Of a stretch of 64,000 nucleotides of DNA, positions 46,933-57,007 are shown piece after piece. Source of the stretch: a virus (taxonomy: Duplodnaviria; Caudoviricetes). Both the position numbers and the translations under genes were made by a program. A model generated the notes under the pieces. The model worked only from the letters and a program-made list of their open reading frames with translations, was not told where the DNA came from and did not search any database. Each line of letters opens with the position of its first letter. Within the stretch, counting starts at the first letter, position 1. The DNA lies in IMG/VR virus record IMGVR_UViG_3300027863_001680, positions 3,306 through 67,305 of that record. One strand, given 5' to 3'.

Positions 46933-49900
46933 ATGACGATTTCCAGAGACACATTCGACCCGTCCAGGAACTACAAACGGGTGAGATATCATCAGGACCG
47001 CGACCTGCTGGACTCGGAACTCAATGAGCAGCAGGACATCGCAATCCGTGAGCAAAAGAAGATAGCCGATCTGCTGTTCAAAGAGGGTGCGATCATCTCC
47101 GGCCTACTTGTATCCGTCGCGGCCAATGTCCTAAATGTATCTGCAGGCGTCACGTACATCGATGGTCATATCGAGGCTATTCCAGGCGCGGTGCTCACTT
47201 ACGATCAGGCGAAGTCCTCCGGCTTCGACTATGTCTACGTCGAACTCCTCAAATACAACTATGGCTTCAATCAGGATGCCGGGCTCGTGAACCCCGCGAC
47301 CGGAGAACCGACAGCAGAGCGTGAGAAGTGGGTGCTTTCGCTCAAGGATCACGATACGAGCGGCGAGAACCTGCCCAACAACGTGACCGAGCGTAAGGTC
47401 GTCGCGATCTATAAGTTCGACCGTCAAACCGATGATGTGGCGGCAACGGTTCAGGAGAAGTCCAGCATATACCTTAGCGATTTTCTCGGTACCCTCCCTG
47501 GCAGCCGAATCACTGTCGCGTCTATCACTGAGGACCAACTCTCATTTGCCGCCGCCGAGGGTCTTAACTCACTTTTGAACAACTTGGCGGAAAGGACCTA
47601 TGACCAGGCAGGCAGCTATCTTGTCAAGGGTTTCGACAGTTTCCTCGGCTCAAGTGACGGCACGAATGTACGCGTCATCACCAACGCTGGCCGAGCATAC
47701 ATCCAGGGCTATCGTCTGCAGAAGGACCTGCCTACAACCACTCTGGTTCCCAAAGCAGTTGCGACGAAGAGTGTTCGTGGCGAGCAGAAGACTTATGTCA
47801 CGGGTCAGCGCAGCTACGCTTTGAACTGCACTCCGCTCAAGCAAACCACTCAGGTCGAAGCGATAGTCGAGATAGTCTCTAATATCACACGCGGGTCTGT
47901 TGGAGGCGGTGAGGACCTGCTGGTTCCGAATCCTGTGGTCGATATCATCGAGGTTAGCCAGGGCGCAACCGTCTTTGCCGAGGGCACTGACTGGATGCAA
48001 TCGGGAAACTATGTCGACTGGACAGGCACCGGCAGCGAACCAGCCATAGGAACTACATATACCGTTCGCTGGACATACGTAAAGCAGATGGTGAAAGGCA
48101 CCGATTACGTCGATGGCGGGTGGTTCGGCCAGCCCGGCTATCCTGTTGCCGGTGAATACTTCTATGTGGTCACGGCGCTCTCAGCATCGGGTGAGACCGA
48201 ATACTTGAGCGGTCGAGTAGTATCGCGCCAAACCGCCACAAGAGAGGCAAACCTCATTACCTGGAGACCGATCAGTGGCGCGACCGGCTATCGCGTCTAC
48301 CGCGCCTCTCCGAACTCAGGACGTACCAGCTTCAGAAAGCTCAAGGAAGTCGGATCGGCGGTCACGTCATATATCGACGACGGTGCAGATGACACCACAA
48401 CCGCAAACCCGCCTGCATCAAACTCAAGTGGGCTTTCTCAGCCGGTGTCGGAGATAGCTGCTGGGAACACAAGCACAATCAACTTCGGCAAGACGAGCGT
48501 AGGCAGCGATCCGGTGAATGGCTCGAACTGCAGCATCGATTACGATTACTACCTTGGCCGCAAGGACATCATCTATGCGACTGCCGGGGAAATAAAGCGG
48601 CTGGAGGGCGCGCCGTCCGACTTCCCGAAGCTTCCGGTTGTACCTGAAGGCAGTCTTGCACTCGCCAGCATAGACTGCCCCGCAAATTCCGTTGCGATAA
48701 CCGTCCATAACTTCGGACTCACGCGCATTACAATGGACCAGATCCACAGGATAATGCAGGACATCGAGGACCTGAAATACAATGACGCGCAGTACCAGAT
48801 GAACAACGACCTGCAGAACAGGGATGCCCAGACCAAGAAGGGCATCTACTCCGACGACTTCTCAAACGAGGCTCAGTCGGATACGTATCACGCCGAGTGG
48901 AGTGCGCGTATCGATGGTGTCTACAAGTTTGTTGCACCGGCCCGAGCGTCGTCGTCTCGCGTTCTGGAGGTGGATACAGCCCATAGCAATGCCCTCTACA
49001 AAGGCAGTCTCGTTCTTCTTCCGGGTACGGAGCGGATACTGGTCCAGCAACTCGACTGGTCGGAGGAGAAGAACATCAACCCTTACGCAGTGTTCGAAAA
49101 ACCGCCGGCGACAGTCGAAGTGACGCCCAATATAGGGCGCAGGGGTCAGACGGGCATTGCCGTGACCGGCTCTAATTTCACTCCCAACGCGGAGCATATC
49201 ACGATCCGCTGTGACGGCCAGATTGTAGCGAGTGATGTTCATGCTGATGCAGCGGGTCGAGTGGTCTCCTCGTTCGTGATACCAGAAAGCGCAAGCAATG
49301 GAAACCGGATTGTTGAGGTCACCGATGGCACTTACTCTGCCCAGACCAATCTGCAGATAAACGATCCACTGGTCGTGACTCGGGTCGAGCGCGTGGAAGT
49401 CACGAAAACTGTAATCCAGACGCAGACAATTATACAACAGCAGATCATCCGCGTTCCGGTATACCGGACTGTATGGCGATGGTGGTGGGGTTGGAACAGA
49501 TGGGACCCGCTCGCGCAGACGTTCAGCTTCACCGAGAGCAGGATCATCTCAGCAGTTGGATTGTTCTTTACGAAGAAGGACCTGTCTATTCCGGTGACTG
49601 TCCAAATCCGGGGCGTCACTACCGGCTTGCCAAATGACGTCATATACGCCCAGCAGGTAGTCTCTCCGAGCGAGATCAACCTCGATGCGGAAACGAAGGT
49701 CGTATTCAATGATCCGTTCAACGCCGAGGCGAACACCAGCTATGCGGTCGTTATCCTTACCGACTCCACGAACTACCGGGTGCGCGTGGCGACTCTGGGG
49801 CAACTGGGCCAGAACGGTGTCATCACAAAGCAGACCTACACGAGCGGTGTGCTGCTCGAAAGCTCCAATGCTGAGACCTGGACTCCTCTGAACGGCTCCG

Positions 49901-50517
49901 ATCTCGCGATGAAGATTTACGGCTATGAGTTTGCCTCTGCTGGTGAGGTGCGTTTCAAGGCAATAACCGGCGTGCAATTCTCCGAGCTTAACATCGATGA
50001 GTATTCGGCAATCCCACAGGGGACGGGCATGACCTGGGAATACTCAATGGACGGCGGAGTCACATGGGACGCCATGGTGCCTGAAGAAGAAGAGACTCTG
50101 CCCAACATTGCCGCGCAGGTGATCGTTCGTGCAAAGCTTTCCAGCAGCACGGTGAACGATACGCCTGCCCTAAACTACAAGGACGTGAACCTCATTGGCT
50201 ATCTCAACAACCCTAACGGCGTCTATATCAGCCGGGAGAATGAACTGACCCAGGGAGTGGAATCGAGTAAGGTATATGCACAGATGAACATCCCCAGCGG
50301 ATGCACCCTCAACTGGTTCGCCTCTAACGATGGCGGTGCGACCTGGGAGCCGATGGCGCTGGATTCAACTCGCGAGGTCGACCAGACCTGGACGGAATAC
50401 CTATACCTGCGCACATTTGCCAATCCTGCAGGCAATCGCGTCCGCTACAAGGCAGTGCTGACCGGCAATAACCTGATCTATCCGCGCATCCACTCGTTGG
50501 GCGCGACATTAAGCTAG
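46933..50517 (+). CDS. Large tail fibre / baseplate structural protein (DUF4815-like) with an FN3-like segment
   Basis: FDP..NYKRV, ELNEQQ, GRAYIQGY, GATGYRVYR, DPLAQTF. Confidence 0.72.
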   Translation: MTISRDTFDPSRNYKRVRYHQDRDLLDSELNEQQDIAIREQKKIADLLFKEGAIISGLLVSVAANVLNVSAGVTYIDGHIEAIPGAVLTYDQAKSSGFDYVYVELLKYNYGFNQDAGLVNPATGEPTAEREKWVLSLKDHDTSGENLPNNVTERKVVAIYKFDRQTDDVAATVQEKSSIYLSDFLGTLPGSRITVASITEDQLSFAAAEGLNSLLNNLAERTYDQAGSYLVKGFDSFLGSSDGTNVRVITNAGRAYIQGYRLQKDLPTTTLVPKAVATKSVRGEQKTYVTGQRSYALNCTPLKQTTQVEAIVEIVSNITRGSVGGGEDLLVPNPVVDIIEVSQGATVFAEGTDWMQSGNYVDWTGTGSEPAIGTTYTVRWTYVKQMVKGTDYVDGGWFGQPGYPVAGEYFYVVTALSASGETEYLSGRVVSRQTATREANLITWRPISGATGYRVYRASPNSGRTSFRKLKEVGSAVTSYIDDGADDTTTANPPASNSSGLSQPVSEIAAGNTSTINFGKTSVGSDPVNGSNCSIDYDYYLGRKDIIYATAGEIKRLEGAPSDFPKLPVVPEGSLALASIDCPANSVAITVHNFGLTRITMDQIHRIMQDIEDLKYNDAQYQMNNDLQNRDAQTKKGIYSDDFSNEAQSDTYHAEWSARIDGVYKFVAPARASSSRVLEVDTAHSNALYKGSLVLLPGTERILVQQLDWSEEKNINPYAVFEKPPATVEVTPNIGRRGQTGIAVTGSNFTPNAEHITIRCDGQIVASDVHADAAGRVVSSFVIPESASNGNRIVEVTDGTYSAQTNLQINDPLVVTRVERVEVTKTVIQTQTIIQQQIIRVPVYRTVWRWWWGWNRWDPLAQTFSFTESRIISAVGLFFTKKDLSIPVTVQIRGVTTGLPNDVIYAQQVVSPSEINLDAETKVVFNDPFNAEANTSYAVVILTDSTNYRVRVATLGQLGQNGVITKQTYTSGVLLESSNAETWTPLNGSDLAMKIYGYEFASAGEVRFKAITGVQFSELNIDEYSAIPQGTGMTWEYSMDGGVTWDAMVPEEEETLPNIAAQVIVRAKLSSSTVNDTPALNYKDVNLIGYLNNPNGVYISRENELTQGVESSKVYAQMNIPSGCTLNWFASNDGGATWEPMALDSTREVDQTWTEYLYLRTFANPAGNRVRYKAVLTGNNLIYPRIHSLGATLS

Positions 50518-50525
50518 GGGAACAA

Positions 50526-50801
50526 ATGGTGCTGGTTAAACGACGCGGCGGGATGACTGAGTTCATCCCGTCACCTTCTGAAAAACGGGACGGTGTTATA
50601 CGTAACCACGTGCTCGATCTGCTTACCAACATAGATGCGCGCCTGAGGAGGATAGAAGATACCGCCGACCTACCAGGCGATCTGGCTGAATCATTTGCTG
50701 ACACAATGGCCCTGATCACCCGTGAAGAGGCTCACGTGAAGCGGCTCAACGAGGCCCTAATAGAAGCTGGTGTCAATCGCGGCGAAGATATTGCCGACTG
50801 A
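50526..50801 (+). CDS. Hypothetical protein
   Basis: RBS; ends the tail operon. Confidence 0.55.
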   Translation: MVLVKRRGGMTEFIPSPSEKRDGVIRNHVLDLLTNIDARLRRIEDTADLPGDLAESFADTMALITREEAHVKRLNEALIEAGVNRGEDIAD

Positions 50802-50911
50802 TTACCAACACCACTCTACATCCACCTCGAACGCATCCAAAAAGAAACGAGAAGCTCTGCCGGACCTTTCCAAATGGACTTGATGTTCTTCAGAGTTTGA
50901 GGTAATCCCTA

Positions 50912-51331
50912 ATGATGACAATCGCTCAACCCCAGTTTCGGAGCGAGTACGGAGGAGCTATGAAGAAAGGTTTGCGAAGCAGAATACGGACGCTTCGGTG
51001 TCCCCAGTTTGAGCCTGAGCAAGAGATTTGCCAGGATAGGAAGTTTTTGCAGCGGTGTTACGTCGAAGGGTTCGATTCGGCAGTGTACCTGGTCCTTGAG
51101 TATATGGACAAGTATACTCCGCTGTCGGAGTTGCTTTTTACCTACGTGGAAGAGCTTCGAACCAAGCGCGTTGCCGACATCCACGGTGATGGTCAGCCTG
51201 GCACGGTTGTTTGCAATGCTGGATTCATTCTTGCCTGTAACGGAGTATCGAAGCTCGTCTATGAGCTTCACGGCGACGAAATAGAGTGGGCGCGATCAAT
51301 CGCTCATTCCGAGGACACTGAAATCATCTGA
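50912..51331 (+). CDS. Hypothetical protein
   Basis: 139-aa ORF; no family recognised. Confidence 0.4.
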   Translation: MMTIAQPQFRSEYGGAMKKGLRSRIRTLRCPQFEPEQEICQDRKFLQRCYVEGFDSAVYLVLEYMDKYTPLSELLFTYVEELRTKRVADIHGDGQPGTVVCNAGFILACNGVSKLVYELHGDEIEWARSIAHSEDTEII

Positions 51332-51481
51332 TCGCTTCAAGCGGGCCTCCCCACATCAGGTAAGAACACCGTTTCTGTTCACATTCCCAAGGTTCCACTT
51401 GACTTTCTGCCGCCTGTTGAGGCATTCATTGGATGTGAGCAGAACAGATGTTCTGTTTAGAATCCACGGAGGTAACGCCAT

Positions 51482-52420
51482 TTGAAACTGCAGGAGATTA
51501 AGATAGGACTCGAACTTGAAACCGTTCAAAGAGAGCGGGGCACAGTGGCCAGGGCCATTCAAAGTGTAGTGGGCGGCGAGGTTACTCACGCAGGCGGCGG
51601 GACGTATGACGCCTGGGAAGTGCGGGACAGGCTGGACCGTATGTGGCGAATCGTTGCCGATTCCTCGCTCACGAGCGCGCCCACCAACTTAAGGGCCGAA
51701 ATGGTCAGCCCGATTCTCGGCTATGACGACATACCCGAACTCCAGGAAGTGGTAAGAGCTGTTCGGAAATGCGGGTCCCAGGTTGATGAAAAATGTGGAC
51801 TTCACGTCCACGTCTCGCATCCGGATATCACTCCGAGAGCACTCGCAAACCTCGCCAAGCTGATCTACAAGCAGCAGGACATCATCTACGCCGCGCTCGG
51901 GGTGAACCAGCAACGGATGGAGAAATACTGCAAGCCCATAGACTCTGCATTTATCGAGCGTATCACGAAGAACCCGCCCAGAGATTTTAGGCATCTTAAC
52001 ACCCAGTGGTACGGGCAATACGTGGAGCATCCTCAGCGTTACGATTCGACGCGCTACTCGATTTTGAACCTGAACGGCTACTTTTTGAGATCTGCCATTG
52101 AGCTGCGAGCTTACGCCGGCAGCCTCCATGCAGGCCGAGTCAAAGCCGTGATCCTCTTCAGCATGGCACTCCTTGCAAGAGCTATGAACTGCCGTGGAGC
52201 GTCGGCGAGGAAGCGGGAGTATGATCCGGCTTCGGCAAAATACGATATGCGAGTATTCTTGATATCCGCGCTCAAAATGAACGGCCCAGCCTTTAAGACT
52301 GCTCGCGCGCACCTCTTGCATCTGATGTCTGGAGACTCCGCGTGGAAACACGGCAGGCCAAAGTCGAAAGGGAAGAAACCGGCTGCCGAGACGACGGAGG
52401 TGTGCTGTGAAGCTAACTAA
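51482..52420 (+). CDS. Amidoligase (COOH-NH2 ligase type 2)
   Basis: IGLELE, DSSL, EMVSPIL, CGLHVHV, RY..LNL, IELR. Confidence 0.9.
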   Translation: MKLQEIKIGLELETVQRERGTVARAIQSVVGGEVTHAGGGTYDAWEVRDRLDRMWRIVADSSLTSAPTNLRAEMVSPILGYDDIPELQEVVRAVRKCGSQVDEKCGLHVHVSHPDITPRALANLAKLIYKQQDIIYAALGVNQQRMEKYCKPIDSAFIERITKNPPRDFRHLNTQWYGQYVEHPQRYDSTRYSILNLNGYFLRSAIELRAYAGSLHAGRVKAVILFSMALLARAMNCRGASARKREYDPASAKYDMRVFLISALKMNGPAFKTARAHLLHLMSGDSAWKHGRPKSKGKKPAAETTEVCCEAN

Positions 52421-52679
52421 GATACCGATTCCCGCTGATGTGCTGGAGGGTTTGGAGGCAGTCCGGCTCTCCGGCAAAACCAACATGCTCGATGTTCCGA
52501 TGGTGGTGAAGCTCGCCCTCGATATGGGACATCCGCAGACGGCACTGTGGGTGCGTGAACGCCAGGCATTGTACGTGGTCGGCTTCTTCCGAGGCTTCGA
52601 GGCAGCCGATAAGCTCGATGAGAACGAACTCAGGGAGATGACCGATAGGTTCCTTGATAGTGAAGGAGGTGAGTCCTGA
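52407..52679 (+). CDS. DUF5049-like protein
   Basis: LEAVRLSGKTNMLD. Confidence 0.7.
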   Translation: MKLTKIPIPADVLEGLEAVRLSGKTNMLDVPMVVKLALDMGHPQTALWVRERQALYVVGFFRGFEAADKLDENELREMTDRFLDSEGGES

Positions 52680-53467
52680 TGTGCGGACAGGTTGGTGTGA
52701 TCTATGGCGTCAAGAAGAGGCAACCGGAAGAGCGCAGTTATCTGAAGTGGCTGTTTATGTATTTGCTTCTTCTAAGTGAGAAGCGAGGTCCCTATGCGAC
52801 CGGAATAGCGTGGATGAAGACCGACGGTACTCACAGCATATTCAAGCGCCCATTGTCCGCGACCGGATTCATCAAGGAGAAAGAGTTCGTCGAGGTAATC
52901 TCTGAGGTTGATGATAATACTACGTGGCTTGCGGGACACACACGCTGGCCTACTCGAGGTGACGTGAACCTGCTTGCCAATGCACACCCAATTCGAGCTG
53001 GGGCGATTGTCGGGACCCATAACGGTACGGTTGTCAACGTGGACGACCTGTTCAAGCACTTCGATCTGCCCCGCTTCGCTGAGGTGGACAGCGAGGTCAT
53101 CTTCAGGATGGCCGATGCCACCCTCCGCGACGGACGCATCGATATTGCAGCGTTCAAGAAGCGTCTTGCGCTCTGCCGAGGATTGATGAGCGCCGTCCTT
53201 GCATCGAAGCTCGATCCCAAAAGGGTGATCGTTGTAAAGGGCAACAAGCCTCTGGAACTGCGATATCACCCGGAGCACCGTGCGATAGTCTATGCATCAG
53301 AGGGCGCGTACCTCGATATCGCGCTGCCGTCCGAAACCGGCTGGCAAGGAGTTGCGACGAAGCCTATGAGCATAATGACATTCCACTGCGACGATCTGCC
53401 GAAGTTTTCCAGCGAGTCGTTCCGATTGGCTGGACGGGCTGGCTTTCAACGCTTTACGGGGGCTTAA
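52679..53467 (+). CDS. Class II (Ntn) glutamine amidotransferase
   Basis: N-terminal MCG, GHTR, NAHP, HNG, DSE. Confidence 0.92.
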   Translation: MCGQVGVIYGVKKRQPEERSYLKWLFMYLLLLSEKRGPYATGIAWMKTDGTHSIFKRPLSATGFIKEKEFVEVISEVDDNTTWLAGHTRWPTRGDVNLLANAHPIRAGAIVGTHNGTVVNVDDLFKHFDLPRFAEVDSEVIFRMADATLRDGRIDIAAFKKRLALCRGLMSAVLASKLDPKRVIVVKGNKPLELRYHPEHRAIVYASEGAYLDIALPSETGWQGVATKPMSIMTFHCDDLPKFSSESFRLAGRAGFQRFTGA

Positions 53468-53499
53468 CAACGAAGATTACTAGACCAGAGGAGGAAGTC

Positions 53500-54027
53500 A
53501 TGAAAGAAGCAAAGATGGAAATACTGGACCATATTCCGGCAGGAGCGCTGCTCGCCTTTGTATACGGCACGCTGAAACGAGGCTATTGGAACTACGACAG
53601 ATTTTGTAGCGACGCGATCCATATTGAGGAGGCTGCGGTTCGGGGACGTCTCTATGAGCTGCCATCCGGCATTCCGGTTCTGCAGGTGCCCGATAACTAC
53701 GTTCTGGCTGCCGGAAGCCTGGACCCTTTGACAGACGTTGCCACGCAAGAATCGTTTCGCGATAAGCTGGCGGTTGCAACTGATCATGAGAAAAATTGGC
53801 TGGCAATTCGCGGAGAGTTGATGGTCTTTCCTGATGCGCGATTGTCCCTGCCCCCAATTGATCGACTGGAGGGATTTAGACCGGGATTGCCCAGCCTGTA
53901 TAATCGCGTGCTGGTTCCAGTCATGCTCGATGATAACAGTCTGATTCCGGCGTGGTGCTATGTGGCCGGAAAAGATGTGGCAAGGAGCATGGTGCCAACC
54001 GGAAGTACGAACTGGTCCCGGAAGTGA
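53500..54027 (+). CDS. Gamma-glutamylcyclotransferase (AIG2-like)
   Basis: FVYGTLKRG, LDRLEG-like IDRLEG, Y.R..V. Confidence 0.9.
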   Translation: MKEAKMEILDHIPAGALLAFVYGTLKRGYWNYDRFCSDAIHIEEAAVRGRLYELPSGIPVLQVPDNYVLAAGSLDPLTDVATQESFRDKLAVATDHEKNWLAIRGELMVFPDARLSLPPIDRLEGFRPGLPSLYNRVLVPVMLDDNSLIPAWCYVAGKDVARSMVPTGSTNWSRK

Positions 54028-54048
54028 ATCGGTACCAGGCAGGTGCTA

Positions 54049-54071
54049 CTTATACAGTGTAGACGTATAAG
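54049..54071. promoter_or_regulatory. Inverted repeat CTTATAC-N9-GTATAAG, probable operator of the XRE gene
   Basis: Perfect 7-bp arms 6 bp upstream of the start. Confidence 0.55.
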
Positions 54072-54077
54072 ACGCAT

Positions 54078-54341
54078 GTGGATATATTCAAGATTATGGA
54101 TACGAAGCAAATGCAGCGCAGTGTAGGTAAGATCATACAGGCAAGGAGAAGCAAGCTCGGCTACAGCCAGGAGTCGTTTGCTGATGCAGTAGGTGTGCAT
54201 CGAACTTATATCGGCTCGGTCGAGCGCGGCGAGCGCAATGTCACGCTCAAGAACCTGCTACTTATCGCTGACGGCCTCAAGATGCCGCTCTCAACTCTGA
54301 TAGCCGCAGCCGAAGCGGAAGTGATGATCTCCGGTTCATAG
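54078..54341 (+). CDS. XRE-family HTH regulator (C-protein-like)
   Basis: YSQESFADAVGVHRTYIGSVERGERN. Confidence 0.92.
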   Translation: MDIFKIMDTKQMQRSVGKIIQARRSKLGYSQESFADAVGVHRTYIGSVERGERNVTLKNLLLIADGLKMPLSTLIAAAEAEVMISGS

Positions 54342-55424
54342 ATCGAGACCATCCGCGCTGTTCTCCTCAAACAGGCGACCGAGCCTGATATATCTCTTGA
54401 GCGTGGCGAGTGAGCGGTGCCCCGTCTGCTGTGCGATTATGTGCTCGACAACGCCTGCTCTGCTCGCTTGCGTGCAATGTCCGCTTCTAAGACTGTGACC
54501 GCTGTATCGTGATGGGTCTAGTCCCGCTGTTTCTGCAGCCCGCTTGATAATGTCCCCGACCGACCTTCTGGATAGCCGCTCCGACACAATGTTCCCGTGC
54601 CGGTCGAGCCCTCTAAAGATAGCGCATTCTGATATACCCGAACACTCCAGCCAGAAGCGAAGAGCGGTTACGGGGCATGTATCGGGATTCTTGCCGTGCG
54701 GGATGCCTACCCAGCGGCCCTCGCCTTTCTGGTCGGTTTTTGAGCGCCTCAAGAGAACTACCAGTCCCTCATCTCGATAGCTGATGTCTTCAACATTCAA
54801 TCCCACGATTTCCGAGCGGCGGAATGCGCCGGCGAAGCCCAGGAGGATGAGCGCTCTGTCTCGCGTGCCGATCAGGGTATCCGGCAGCGCTTCAGCCATG
54901 CACTTGATATCTTCGGATAGCAGTGCATCTACAGGCTTCGGCGGCGTGCCCAGCTTGCGTGTGATACCTCGGAGCAGTTCCCGAATCGCCGGATGGGTTG
55001 TAGGTGTCGGATAGCCCGATTCCCTGTGCGCTGCGGCTATAGCAGCGGAATGCCGGCGGATGGTGGTCACGCGAAAATCCCGCATTGCAAGGGACGTAAA
55101 GTAACAGGCAACTACCTCGGGGGAAGATGGCAAGTTCGGCAAACCAAGGTCATCACACCAGCGGCTGAAAGCCTGCCAGTCCCTGGAATAGACTTCGCGA
55201 GTGCTTTCCGCGACGGTTGTTGAGAGGAACTCCTGGGCGTTTGAGAGGATTTCAAGAAGCTCAGGAGATGCCCCCTCCATCACTTCCTGGAAGACACTAT
55301 TTCTGGAAGCCAGTGTAGCATGGCAATTAAGCATTTGCAAATATCCGTCGCATATCGGCGTCCTTGGATCCGGTTTGCGGAATACAAGGAGTCGCCGTGA
55401 CTGTGAAGCATAAACTGACATCAA
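54336..55424 (-). CDS. Cre-like tyrosine recombinase
   Basis: RDRALILLGFAGAFRRSE, SKTDQ, GHSLRSG, TGH, RY. Confidence 0.92.
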   Translation of the reverse strand: MMSVYASQSRRLLVFRKPDPRTPICDGYLQMLNCHATLASRNSVFQEVMEGASPELLEILSNAQEFLSTTVAESTREVYSRDWQAFSRWCDDLGLPNLPSSPEVVACYFTSLAMRDFRVTTIRRHSAAIAAAHRESGYPTPTTHPAIRELLRGITRKLGTPPKPVDALLSEDIKCMAEALPDTLIGTRDRALILLGFAGAFRRSEIVGLNVEDISYRDEGLVVLLRRSKTDQKGEGRWVGIPHGKNPDTCPVTALRFWLECSGISECAIFRGLDRHGNIVSERLSRRSVGDIIKRAAETAGLDPSRYSGHSLRSGHCTQASRAGVVEHIIAQQTGHRSLATLKRYIRLGRLFEENSADGLDL

Positions 55425-55591
55425 CAGTAAGTCAAGTATCTGATGAAAAAGAGTCCCCGAAAGGTTTTCTAGCTTCCACGAATAGTGTCTTATCGCACTC
55501 GAAGCCCGGCAGGCGTGACTTTCCAGAGGTGCTCAGCCAGTGAGCGGATAGGTTCCCCCTGAAGCCAGTCGGACTCTGACGTGGAGGTTCG

Positions 55592-56482
55592 TTGAAGATG
55601 AGATCGGCAAGGCTTCTCGTTCGACTGCTGGTGCTTGTTCTCGTCCTTACCGTTCAGGTCGGGGCGGCAGATCTGACAGTGAGCATCATTGATGTTGGTC
55701 AGGGTGATTCCATCCTCGTCCAGTATCCCAATGGCGCGAACATGCTCGTAGACGCGGGAACATCAAGCGCCGGTAGAGCAGTGGTAAGTTATCTAAGGTC
55801 TCGCAAAGTCGCGGCACTGGACATCCTCGTTGCTACCCATCCTCACGAGGACCATATTGGAGGCATTAAGACAGTGCTAAACGTGTTCTCCGTCGGTAAG
55901 GTCTGGGACTCCGGTTGCAACCACGGTTCGCGGACTCAGGCGAACATGCTCTCTGCGATCAAGACGAAAGGCATCCGATTCGAGACTCCCAAAGCAGGGC
56001 TTACCGAGCGGATTGAAGACGTAAACGTATCAGTGCTTGCTCCGAAGGCTGAAGTTATGGACGATGCTAATAACAGCAGTCTGGTGCTGCTCATAGTCTA
56101 TGGCAAGACGAGCTTTCTACTGACGGGAGATTTGGGGGACTGCGAGCGGCAGTCCGTAGCAGTCTGGCCCGAGAGCACGGTGCTCAAAGTCCCTCATCAC
56201 GGGAGTAACAACGGCATTGATCTGGCTTTTCTTCAACAGGTGAAGCCAAAGATAGCAGTCATCTCGTGCGGCAAGGATAATTCCTACGGGCACCCGCACA
56301 AGTCGACGCTCGATACGCTGAAATCCGTTGGGGCATCCACATACATAACAGCCGAGTCAGGAACTATTGTGCTGACATCAGATGGAACAAGTGTCACGGT
56401 GAAGACCTTTGCAGGAGGTGCAGGCAATGAGGGCGTTCGTGGACAGATTCGAGGGAGATCAGGCAGTGCTGCTTCTCGGTGA
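55592..56482 (+). CDS. Secreted ComEC-like metallo-beta-lactamase-fold hydrolase
   Basis: Signal peptide; DVGQGD, THPHEDHIGG, NNSS, TGD, PHHGS. Confidence 0.9.
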   Translation: MKMRSARLLVRLLVLVLVLTVQVGAADLTVSIIDVGQGDSILVQYPNGANMLVDAGTSSAGRAVVSYLRSRKVAALDILVATHPHEDHIGGIKTVLNVFSVGKVWDSGCNHGSRTQANMLSAIKTKGIRFETPKAGLTERIEDVNVSVLAPKAEVMDDANNSSLVLLIVYGKTSFLLTGDLGDCERQSVAVWPESTVLKVPHHGSNNGIDLAFLQQVKPKIAVISCGKDNSYGHPHKSTLDTLKSVGASTYITAESGTIVLTSDGTSVTVKTFAGGAGNEGVRGQIRGRSGSAASR

Positions 56483-56642
56483 TGATGAGGAATTCCGGAT
56501 CGCTGTTCCCATACATTGGCTTCCACAAGGCGCGAGCGAGGGCATGGTTCTCAAGGTCGACTTCACTATCGACGAGAATGCCACCTGTGAAGCAAAGGCC
56601 AAAGTAAATACGCTTTACGATGATCTGGGAGGAAGTACATAG
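56427..56642 (+). CDS. DUF3006-like protein
   Basis: ATG at 56427 after GGAGG; VDRFEGDQAVL...LPQGASEG. Confidence 0.8.
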   Translation: MRAFVDRFEGDQAVLLLGDDEEFRIAVPIHWLPQGASEGMVLKVDFTIDENATCEAKAKVNTLYDDLGGST

Positions 56643-56670
56643 GACCACGTTCTGTCTCAATTTTTCAAAC

Positions 56671-56700
56671 TTGACAAGATACTTATAAGTAGCGCATAAT
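56671..56700 (+). promoter_or_regulatory. Sigma70 promoter TTGACA-N18-CATAAT with palindrome TACTTATAAGTA (56680-56691) in the spacer
   Basis: Read directly. Confidence 0.7.
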
Positions 56701-57007
56701 GCGTCTGTCATCTAGCCGCTGTACATTAAGATGTCGTGCCTTACGCAGGGCATCAGGTGCAGACAACGTTGCAGCAAAGGCAAAAAGCCGACACTTAGTG
56801 GAACATCAGGGTCTACTATGTCTTCTCAGAATGTGGTAAACAGGCTTGAAGATATCGTCATCAGCTTGTAGCATGTCTGTGCTCGAACCCTATGCGATGC
56901 CCGATTGTTAAGGAGGGATGTCTATATAGCTAATCTACAGGTTGTAACCGAGCCGGTAGTGAGGCTCGCTGATTCTTGCACCAAAATTCTAAGCATGGAG
57001 GAAGAAG

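Larger units (their letters stand above)
1..55424. mobile_element. Prophage or temperate phage (Myoviridae-like, contractile tail), packaging-head-tail half with accessory cassettes; left end outside the window, right end uncertain
   Basis: Canonical order TerS, TerL, portal, MuF, protease, capsid, neck, sheath, tube, chaperone, tape measure, baseplate, fibres, nearly all on +; two tyrosine recombinases. Confidence 0.9.

Noticed and set aside
28413-50517. Stand-alone contractile injection system (eCIS/tailocin)
   Set aside because: Terminase, portal, protease and capsid genes are present, so this is a phage tail
7801-54054. Identical 12-mer GTGCTACTTATA at 7801 and 54043
   Set aside because: A match of this length is expected by chance, and the contexts differ
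55480-55552. SAM-I riboswitch-like fragments (CTTATC...GAAGCCCGGCA...GGTGCT...GATAGG)
   Set aside because: The P2/pseudoknot segment (AGAG...GAGGGA...GCCC) is missing and the downstream gene is unrelated to methionine; an Rfam scan would settle it
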